Shown here piece after piece: positions 52,800-64,000 of a stretch of 64,000 bases of DNA. The stretch is from Chrysomallon squamiferum (Eukaryota; Animalia; Mollusca). The position numbers and the translations under genes are program-made. Where the stretch lies: the NCBI GenBank assembly GCA_012295275.1, contig CM022671.1, forward strand, positions 9,672,001 through 9,736,000. Direction: 5' to 3'. Within the stretch, counting starts at the first letter, position 1; every line of letters starts with the position of its first letter. The notes under the pieces were generated by a model, which did not search any database, was not told the origin of the DNA, and saw nothing but the letters and a program-made list of their open reading frames with translations.

Positions 52800-55700
52800 A
52801 ACATTCTTTAGAGAAAATTTAATAATAAAAAAATACCAAAATATTACTAAAATACAAAAGAAATAAAAAATTCTAAAATTCTCAAATGACACAATAAATT
52901 ATTTTATTTACGGATTTTTTTATTTTAACAGCAGCAAGCAAAGTAGACAGGATAGAATCAATAAATAAGTAAACAAATAAATAAAGTATCAAACTGTATT
53001 GTTGAAAATCGATATTATTTTTAGTTTGCTTAGTGAGTACATCTCAAGTAAGGCACCTAACTCTAATGTGTTTTCGTGAACACATATCACTAAAGGGAGA
53101 TACGTCTAATCGATATAATTTTTAATTTGCTTAGTAAGTACATCTCAAGTAAGTGACCTAATTATAATCTGTGTTGGTGAACACATATCACTAAAGGGAG
53201 ATAAGTCTAAACGATATGGTTTTTAGTTTCCTTAGTATATATATATATATAATCACGTACAGAAATAAACACATAAACATAAATCTCTTTTTCTGAATAC
53301 ATATCACTAAAGGGAAATAAGTCTAAACGATATGATTTTTAGTTTCCTTAGTGTGTATATATATATATATAATATATATATATATAAATAAAACATATAT
53401 ATATATATATATATATAATGATATATACAAAGAAAACATCTCGTTAGGAAAGCATATCAAATTCTAAGAGAAACAATATTTAATTAATTAAAAATTGACA
53501 GAAAATTTTATAATAAATAAAAATCAGAATATTAATAAAATACAAAAGAAATGATAAATTCTGATATTAAAAACCCATTCTATCAAACGTCACAAATAAT
53601 TATTTTATTTAGTGATTTTTTTATTTTAACAACAACAACAAAGTAGACAGGATAGAATGAATAAATAAGTAAACAAATAAATAAAGTATCAAACTGTATT
53701 GTGGAAAATGGATATAATTTTTAGTTTGGTTAGTGAGTACATCTCACGTAAGGGACCTAACTTTAATATGTTTCGTGAACACATTTCACTAAAGGGAGAG
53801 AAGTCTAATCGATATAATTTTTCTTTGCACAGTTCATCTCAAGTAGGAGACCTAATTAAAATCTGTGTCAGTGAACACATATCACTAAAGGGAGATAAGT
53901 CTAATCGATAAAATGTTTAATTTCCTTAGTGAGTACATCTCACGTAAGGGACCTAACTCTAATAGGTTTCGTGAACACATATCACTAAAGGGAGATAAGT
54001 CTAGTCGATATAATTTTTAATTTTCTTTGTGAGTACATCTCAAGTAAGTGACCTAATTAAAATCTGTGTCAGTGAACACATATCACTAAAGGGAGATAAT
54101 TCTAATCGATATAATTTTTACTTTCCTTAGTGAGTACGTCTCACGTAAGGGACCTAACTCTAATATGTTTCGTGAACACATATCAATAAAGGGAGATAAG
54201 TCTAATCGATATGATTTTTAATTTGCTTAGTGAGTACATCTCAAGTAAGTGACCTAAGTATAATCTGTGTTCGTGAACACATATCACTAAAGGGAGATAA
54301 GTCTAATCGATATAATTTTTACTTTCCTTAGTGAGTACGTCTCACGTAAGGGACCTAACTCTAATATGTGTCGTGAACACATATCACTAAAGGGAGATAA
54401 GTCTAAACGATATGATGTTTAGTTTCCTTAGAATATATATATCATATCGTTTATATATATATAATCACATACACAAATAAACACATACACATATATACAG
54501 GGAAAGATCTCGTTAGGAAAGCATATAAAATTCTAAGAGAAACAATATTTAATTAGTTTAAAATTTCCAGAAAATTGTATAATAAATAAAAATCAGAATA
54601 TTAATAAAATACAAAAGAAATGATAAATTCTGATATTAAAAACCCATTCTATCAAACGTCACAAATAATTATTTTATTTAGTGATTTTTTTATTTTAACA
54701 ACAAGCAAAGTAGACAGGATAGAATGAATAAATAAGTAAACAAATAAATAAAGTATCAAACTGTATTGTGGAAAATGGATATAATTTTTAGTTTGCTTAG
54801 TGAGTACATCTCACGTAAGGGACCTAACTTTAATATGTGTTGGTGAACACATATCAATAAAGGGAGAGAAGTCTAATCGATATAATTTTTACTTTGCTTA
54901 GTGAGTACATCTCACGTAAGGGACCTAACTCTAATATGTTTCGTGAAAACATTTCACTAAAGGAAGATAAGTCTAATCGATATAATTTTTAATTTGCTTA
55001 GTGAGTACATCTCAAGTAAGTGACCTAATTATAATCTGTGTTCGTGAACACATATCACAAAAGGGAGATAAATCTAATCGATATAATTTTTACTTTGCTT
55101 AGTGAGTACATCTCACGTAAGGGACCTAACTCTAATATGTTTCGTGAACACATTTCACTAAAGGGAGATAAGTCCATTCGATATAATTTTTAATTTGCTT
55201 AGTGAGTACATCTCAAGTAGGTGACCTAATTAAAATCTGTGTCAGTGAACACATATCACTAAAGGGAGATAAGTCTAATCGATATAATTTTTACTTTCCT
55301 TAGTGAGTACATCTCACGTAAGGGACCTAACTCTAATATGTGTCGTGAACACATATCACTAAATGGAGATAAGTCTAAACGATATGATTTTTAGTTTTCT
55401 TAGTGTGTATATATATATATAATGATATACACAAATAAACACATACACATATATAGAGAGAAACATCTCGTTAGGAAAGCATATCAAATTCTAAGAGAAA
55501 CAATATTTAATTAATTAAAAATTGACAGAAAATTTTATATTAAATAAAAATCAGAATATTAATAAAATACAAAAGAAATGATAAATTCTGATATTAAAAC
55601 CGATTCTATCAAACGTCACAAATAATTATTTTATTTAGTGATTTTTTTATTTTAACAACAAGCAAAGTAGACAGGATAGAATGAATAAATAAGTAAACAA

Positions 55701-57071
55701 ATAAATAAAGTATCAAACTGTATTGTGGAAAATCGAAATAATTTTTAGTTTGGTTAGTGAGTACATCTCACGAAAGGGACCTAACTTTAATATGTTTCGT
55801 GAACACATTTCACTAAAGGGAGAGAATTCTAATCGATATAATTTTTCTTTGCTTAGTGAGTTCATCTCAAGTAGGAGACCTAATTAAAATCTGTGTCAGT
55901 GAAACCATATCACTAAAGGGAGATAAGTCTAATCGATAAAATGTTTAATTTCCTTAGTGAGTACATCTCACGTAAGGGACCTAACTCTAATAGGTTTCGT
56001 GAACACATATCACTAAAGGGAGATAAGTCTAGTCGATATAATTTTTAATTTTCTTTGTGAGTACATCTCAAGTAAGTGACCTAATTATAATCTGTGATCG
56101 TGAACACATATCACTCAAGGGAGATAAGTCTAATCGATATAATTTTTACTTTCCTTAGTGAGTACATCTCAAGTAATGGGATTAACACTAATCTGTTTTT
56201 CTGAACACATATCACTAAAGGGAGATAAGTCTAAACGATATGATTTTTAGTTTCCTTAGTGTGTATATATATATATCTCGTTAGGAAAGGATATAAAATT
56301 CTAAGAGAAACAATAGTTAATTAATTAAAAATTGCCAGAAAATTTTATAATAAATAAAAATCAGAATATTAATAAAATACAAGAGAAATGATAAATTCTG
56401 ATATTAAAAACCCATTCTATCAAACGTCCCAAATAATTATTTTATTTAGTGATTTTTTTATTTTAGCAACAACAAGGAAAGTAGACAGGATAGAATGAAT
56501 AAATAAGTAAAAAAATAAAGTATCAAACTGTATTGCGGAAAGTGGATATAATTTTTAGTTTGCTTAGTGAGTACATCTCACGTAAGGGACCTAACTCTCA
56601 AATGTTTCGTGAACACATTTCACTAAAGGGAGATAAGTCTAATCGATAGAATTTTTAATTTGCTTAGTGAGTACATCTCAAGTAGGTGACCTAATTAAAA
56701 TCTGTGTTAGTGAACACATATCACTAAAGGGAGATAAGTCGAATCGATATAATTTTTAATTTTCTTTGTAAGTATATCTCAAGTAAGTGACTTCATTATA
56801 ATCTGTGTTCGTGAACACATATCTCTAAAGGGAAATAAGTCTAATCGATAAAAATTTTAATTTGCTTAGTGAGTACACCTCAAGTAAGTGACCTAATTAT
56901 AATCTGTGTTCGTGAACACATATCACTAAAGGGAGATAAGTCTAATCGATATAATTTTTACTTTCCTTAGTGAGTACATCTCAACTAATGGGCTTAACAC
57001 TAATCTGTTTTTCTGAACACATATCACTAAAGGGAGATAAGTCTAAACGATATGATTTTTAGTTTCCTTTA

Positions 57072-57117
<46 letters not shown>

Positions 57118-60100
57118 CACAAAAAAACACATACACATATATACAGAGAAACATCTCGTTAGGAAAGCATATAAAATTCTAAGAGAAACAATATTTAATT
57201 AATTAAAAATTGCCAGAAAATTTTATAATAAATAAAAATCAGAATATTAATAAAATACAAAAGAAATGATAAATTCTGATATTAAAAACCCATTCTATCA
57301 AACGTCACAAATAATTATTTTATTTAGTGATTTTTTTATTTTAAAAACAACAAGCAAAGTAGACAGGATAGAATGAATAAATAAGTAAACAAATAAATAA
57401 AGTATCAAACTGTATTGCGGAAAGAAAGGGATATAATTTTTTACTTTGCTTAGTGAGTACATCTCAAAAATCTAATATGTTTCGTGAACACATTTCACTA
57501 AAGGGAGATAAGTCTAATTGATATAATTTTAATTTGTTAATGAGTACATCTCAAGTAGGAGACGTAATTAAAAAATGTCAGTGTGAACACATATCACTAA
57601 AGGGAGATAAGTCTAATCGATATAATTTTTAATTTCCTTAGTGAGTACATCTCACGTAAGGGACCTAACTCTAATATGTTTCGTGAACACATTTCACTAA
57701 AGGGAGATAAGTCTAATCGATAGAATTTTTAATTTGCTTAGTGAGTACATCTCAAGTAAGTGACATAATTATAATCTGTGTTCGTGAACACATATCACTA
57801 AAGGCAGATAAGTCTAATCGATATAATTTTTACTTTTCTTAGTGAGTACATCTCACGTAAGGGACCTAACTCTAATATGTTTCGTGAACACATATCACTA
57901 AAGGGAGATAAGTCTAATCGATATAATTTTAAATTTGCTTAGTGAGTACATCTCAAGTAAGTGGCCTAATTATAATCTGTGTTCGTGAACACATATCACT
58001 AAAGGGGGATAAGTCTAATCGATGTAATTTTTACTTTCGTTAGTGAGTATGTCTCAAGTAATGGGCTTAACATAAATCTCTTTTTCTGAATACATATCAG
58101 TAAAGGGAAATAAGTCTAATCGATATGATTTTTAGTTTCCTTAGAGTGTATATATATATATCTATCTATATATATATATATAATTATATACACAAAAAAA
58201 CACATACACATATATACAGAGAAACATCTCGTTAGGAAAGCATATCAAATTGTAAGAGAAACAATATTTAATTAATTAAAAATTGCCAGAAAATTTTATA
58301 ATAAATAAAAATCAGAATATTACTAAAATACAAAAGAAATGATAAATTCTGATATTAAAAACCCATTCTATCAAACGTCACAAATAATTATTTTATTTAG
58401 TGATTTTTTTTTTTTAACAACAACAAAGCAAAGTAGACAGGATAGAATGAATAAATAAGTAAACAAATAAATAAAGTATCAAACTGCATTGCGGAAAGTG
58501 GATATAATTTTTAGTTTGCTTACGGAGTACATCTCACGTAAGGGACCTAACTGTAATATGTGTTGGTGAACACATATCACTAAAGGGACAGAAGTCTAAT
58601 CGATATAATTTTTACTTTGCTTAGTGAGTACATCTCACGTAAGGGACCTAAATCTAATATGTTTCGTGAACACATTTCACTAAAGGGAGATAAGTCTAAT
58701 CGATAGAATTTTTAATTTGCTTATTGAGTACATCTCAAGTAGGAGACCTAATTAAAATCTGTGTCAGTGAACACATATCACTAAAGGGAGATAAGTCTAA
58801 TCGATATAATTTTTAATTTTCTTTGTGAGTACATCTCAAGTAAGTGACTTGATTATAATCTGTGTTCGTGAACACATATCACTAAAGGGAGATAAGTCTA
58901 ATCGATATAATGTTTAATTTCCTTAGTGAGTACATCTCACGTAAGGGACCTAACTCTCAAATGTTTCGTGAACACATTTCACTAAAGGGAGATAAGTCTA
59001 ATCGATAGAATTTTTAATTTGCTTAGTGAGTACATCTCAAGTAGGTGACCTAATTAAAATCTGTGTTAGTGAACACATATCACTAAAGGGAGATAAGTCG
59101 AATCGATATAATTTTTAATTTTCTTTGTAAGTACATCTCAAGTAAGTGACTTCATTATAATCTGTGTTCGTGAACACATATCTCTAAAGGGAAATAAGTC
59201 TAAACGATAAAAATTTTAATTTGCTTAGTGAGTACACCTCAAGTAAGTGACCTAATTATAATCTGTGTTCGTGAACACATATCACTAAAGGGAGATAAGT
59301 CTAATCGATATAATTTTTACTTTCCTTAGTGAGTACATCTCAACTAATGGGCTTAACACTAATCTGTTTTTCTGAACACATATCACTAAAGGGAGATAAG
59401 TCTAAACGATATGATTTTTAGTTTCCTTAGTGTGTATATATATATCTATATATATATATATATATATATATAATTATATACACAAAAAAACACATACACA
59501 TATATACAGAGAAACATCTCGTTAGGAAAGCATATAAAATTCTATGAGAAACAATATTTAATTAATTAAAAATTGCCAGAAAATTTTATAATAAATAAAA
59601 TCCAGAATATTAATAAAATAGAAAAGAAATGATAAATTCTGATATTAAAAACCCATTCTATCAAACGTCACAAATAATTATTTTATTTAGTGATTTTTTT
59701 ATTTTAACAACAACAAGCAAAGTAGACAGGATAGAATGAATAAATAAGTAAACAAATAAATAAAGTATCAAACTGTATTGCGGAAAGTGGATATAATTTT
59801 TAGTTTGCTTAGTGAGTACATCTCACGTAAGGGACCTAACTGTAATATGTGTTCGTGAACACATTTCACTAAAGGGAGATAAGTCTAATCGATAGAATTT
59901 GTAATTTGCTTGAGTACATCTCAAGTGGAGACGTAATTAAAATCTGTGTCAAACACATATCACTAAAGGGAGATAAGTCTAATCGATATAATTTTTAATT
60001 TGCTTAGTGAGTACATCTCAAGTAGGGGACCTAAATCTAATATGTTTCGTGAACACATTTCACTAAAGGGAGATAAGTCTAATCGATAGAATTTGTAATT

Positions 60101-63100
60101 TGCTTATTGAGTACATCTCAAGTAGGAGACCTAATTAAAATCTGTGTCAGTGAACACATATCACTAAAGGGAGATAAGTCTAATCGATATAATTTTTAAT
60201 TTTCTTTGTGAGTACATCTCAAGTAAGTGACTTGATTATAATCTGTGTTCGTGAACACATATCACTAAAGGGAGATAAGTCTAATCGATATAATGTTTAA
60301 TTTCCTTAGTGAGTACATCTCACGTAAGGACCTAACTCTCAAATGTTTCGTGAACACATTTCACTAAAGGGAGATAAGTCTAATCGATAGAATTTTTAAT
60401 TTGCTTAGTGAGTACATCTCAAGTAGGTGACCTAATTAAAATCTGTGTTAGTGAACACATATCACTAAAGGGAGATAAGTCGAATCGATATAATTTTTAA
60501 TTTTCTTTGTAAGTACATCTCAAGTAAGTGACTTCATTATAATCTGTGTTCGTGAACACATATCTCTAAAGGGAAATAAGTCTAAACGATAAAAATTTTA
60601 ATTTGCTTAGTGAGTACACCTCAAGTAAGTGACCTAATTATAATCTGTGTTCGTGAACACATATCACTAAAGGGAGATAAGTCTAATCGATATAATTTTT
60701 ACTTTCCTTAGTGAGTACATCTCAACTAATGGGCTTAACACTAATCTGTTTTTCTGAACACATATCACTAAAGGGAGATAAGTCTAAACGATATGATTTT
60801 TACTTTCATTAGTGTGTATATATATATCTATATATATATATATAATTATATACACAAAAAAACACATACACATATATACAGAGAAACATCTCGTTAGGAA
60901 AGCATATAAAATTCTAAGAGAAACAATATTTAATTAATTAAAAATTGTCAGAAAATTTTATAATAAATAAAATCCAGAATATTAATAAAATAGAAAAGAA
61001 ATGATAAATTCTGATATTAAAATCCCATTCTATCAAACGTCACAAATAATTATTTTATTTAGTGATTTTTTTATTTTAACAACAACAAGCAAAGTAGACA
61101 GGATAGACTGAATAAATAAGTAAACAAATAAATAAAGTATCAAACTGTATTGCGGAAAGTGGATGTAATTTTTTTGCTTAGTTTCTCACTTAAGGACCTA
61201 ACTGTAATATGTGTTAGTAAACACATATCACTAAAGGGAGAGAAGTACATCTCACTTAAGGGACCTAACTGTAATATGTGTTGGTAAACACATATCACTA
61301 AAGGGAGAGAAGTCTAATCGATATAATTTTTAATTTGCTTATTGAGTACATCTCAAGTAGGAGACCTAATTAAAATCTGTGTCAGTGAACACATATCACT
61401 AAAGGGAGATAAGTCTAATCGATATAATGTTTAATTTCCTTAGTGAGTACATCTCACGTAAGGGACCTAACTCTAATATGTTTCGTGAACACATTTCACC
61501 AAAGGGAGATAAGTCTAATCGATAGAATTTGTAATTTGCTTAGTGAGTACATCTCAAGTAGGTGACCTAATTAAAATCTGTGTCAGTGAACACATGTCAC
61601 GAAAGGGAGATAAGTCTAATCGATATAATTTTTTCTTTGCTTAGTGAGTACATCTCACGTAAGGGACCTAACTCTAATAGGTTTCCTGAACACTTATCAC
61701 TAAAGGGAGATAAGTCTAATCGATATAATTTTTAATTTTCTTTGTGAGTACATCTCAAGTAAGATATAATTTTTAATTTCCTTAGTGGGTACATTTCAAG
61801 GAAGTGACCTAATTATAATATGTGATCGTGAACACATATCACTAAAGGGAGATAAGTCTAATCGATATAATTTTTACTTTCCTTAGTGAGTACATCTCAA
61901 GTAATGGGCTTAACACTAATCTGTTTTTCTGAACACATATCACTAAAGGAAGATAAGTCTAAACGATATGATTTTTAGTTTCCTTAGTGTGTATGTATAT
62001 ATCTCGTTAGGAAAGCATATAAAATTCTAAGAGTAACAATATTTAATTAATTAAAAATTGCGAGAAAATTTTTATAATAAAAATAAAAATCAGAATATTA
62101 ATAAAAAATAAAAAAAGAAATGATAAATTCTGATATTAAAACCCATTCTATCAAACGTCACAAATAATTATTTTATTTAGTGATTTTTTTATTTTACAAC
62201 AACAAGCAAAGTAGACAGGATAGAATGAATAAATAAGTAAACAAATAAATAAAGTATCAAACTGTATTGTGGAAAGTGGATATAATTTTTACTTTGCTTA
62301 GTGAGTACATCTCACGTAAGGGACCTAAATCTAATATGTTTCGTGAACACATTTCACTAAAGGGAGATAAGTCTAATCGATAGAATTTGTAATTTGCTTT
62401 AGTGAGTACATCTCAAGTAGGAGACGTAATTAAAATCTGTGTCAGTGAACACATATCACTAAAGGGAGATAAGTCTAATCGATATAATGTTTAATTTCCT
62501 TAGTGAGTACATCTCACGTAAGGGACCTAACTCTAATATGTTTCGTGAACACATTTCACTAAAGGGAGATAAGTCTAATCGATAGAATTTTTAATTTGCT
62601 TAGTGAGTACATCTCAAGTAGGTGACCTAATTAAAATCTGTGTCAGTGAACACATATCACTAAAGGGAGATAAGTCTAATCGATATAATTTTTAATTTTC
62701 TTTGTAAGTACATCTCAAGTAAGTGACTTGATTATAATCTGTGTTCGTGAACACATATCACTAAAGGGAGATAAGTCTAATCGATATAATGTTTAATTTC
62801 CTTAGTGTACATCTCACGTAAGGGACCTAACTCTCAAATGTTTCGTGAACACATTTCACTAAAGGGAGATAAGTCTAATCGATATAATTTTTAATTTGTG
62901 TTCGTACATCTCAAGTAACCTAATTAAAATCTGTGTTAGTGAACACATATCACTAAAGGGAGATAAGTCGAATCGATATAATTTTTAATTTTCTTTGTAA
63001 GTACATCTCAAGTAAGTGACCTCATTATAATCTGTGTTCGTGAACACATATCTCTAAAGGGAAATAAGTCTAAACGATAAAAATTTTAATTTGCTTAGTG

Positions 63101-64000
63101 AGTACACCTCAACTAATGGGCTTAACACTAATCTGTTTTTCTGAACACATATCACTAAAGGGAGATAAGTCTAAACGATATGATTTTTACTTTCATTAGT
63201 GTGTATATATATATCTATATAAACGATATATTTTATTTCATTATATATATATAAATATCATATATATATATATATATATATATACAAAAAAAACATACAC
63301 AATATATATAGAGAAAACATCTCGTTAGGAAAGCATATAAAATTCTAAGAGAAACAATATTTAATTAATTAAAAATTGTCAGAAAATTTTATAATAAATA
63401 AAATCCAGAATATTAATAAAATAGAAAAGAAATGATAAATTCTGATATTAAAAACCCATTCTATCAAACGTCACAAATAATTATTTTATTTAGTGATTTT
63501 TTTATTTTAACAACAACAAGCAAAGTAGACAGGATAGAATGAATAAATAAGTAAACAAATAAATAAAGTATCAAACTGTATTGCGGAAAGTGGATGTAAT
63601 TTTTAGTTTGCTTAGTGAGTACACATCTCACTCTAACTGTAATATGTGTTGGTAAACACATATCACTAAAGGGAGACTCACTTAAGGGACCTAACTGTAA
63701 TATGTGTTGGTAAACACATATCACTAAAGGGAGAGAAGTCTAATCGATATAATTTTTAATTTGCATAGAGAGTACATCTCAAGTAGGTGACCTAATTAAA
63801 ATCTGTGTGAGCGAACACATATCACTAAAGGGAGATAAATCTAATCGATATAATTTTTACTTTCCTTAGTGAGTACATCTCACGTAAGGGACCTAACTCT
63901 AATATGTGTCGTGAACACATATCACTAAATGGAGATAAGTCTAAACGATATGATTTTTAGTTTCCTTAGTGTGTATATATATATCTATATATATATATAA
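52800..64000. repeat. Composite satellite: ~11 macro-units (0.8-1.4 kb), each a ~290-bp AT-rich block plus ~3-10 copies of a 100-bp subunit plus (TA)n; continues past the window end
   Basis: Anchor ctcgttaggaaag at ~53440, 54510, 55467, 56277, 57155, 58228, 59518, 60890, 62003, 63321. Subunit ttagtgagtacatctca..gacctaa..gtgaacacatatcactaaagggagataagtctaatcgatataattttt recurs at 100-101-bp spacing. Confidence 0.97.

Noticed and set aside
53030-64000. tcactaaagggaga in each 100-bp subunit matches the 3' part of the phage T3 promoter; also a possible CRISPR array
   Set aside because: The upstream AATTAACCC is absent and the motif is embedded in a diverged genomic satellite, so vector contamination is unlikely. 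The variable segments fall into a few recurring subtypes rather than unique spacers.

Overview
AT-rich, microsatellite-dense eukaryotic DNA, most consistent with an invertebrate animal genome. There is no intact long ORF; almost all track ORFs are simple-repeat artefacts. From left to right: (1) the 3' end of a decayed hAT/Buster-type DNA transposon (1-653) and a ~42-bp minisatellite; (2) a multi-exon, partly decayed + strand gene (~4050-19052) with ribonuclease-inhibitor-type LRR exons followed by RRM-like exons; (3) a decayed - strand multi-exon gene (~23306-30566) resembling an I-BAR/IMD (IRSp53-type) domain, with a rearranged partial duplicate of gene 2 inside one intron; (4) a TA-flanked MITE-like element and a 200-N gap; (5) a ~13.8-kb array (38922-52760) of ~36 exon-shaped cassettes (splice acceptor, 84+12n-nt core, splice donor) with a ~2.66-kb higher-order period, where two longer copies suggest descent from a synaptotagmin-like C2 exon; (6) an >11-kb composite satellite (52800-64000) built from ~70-75 hairpin-forming 100-bp subunits grouped in variable-copy macro-units. 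All protein family calls come from manual translation and recalled motifs, not database searches.
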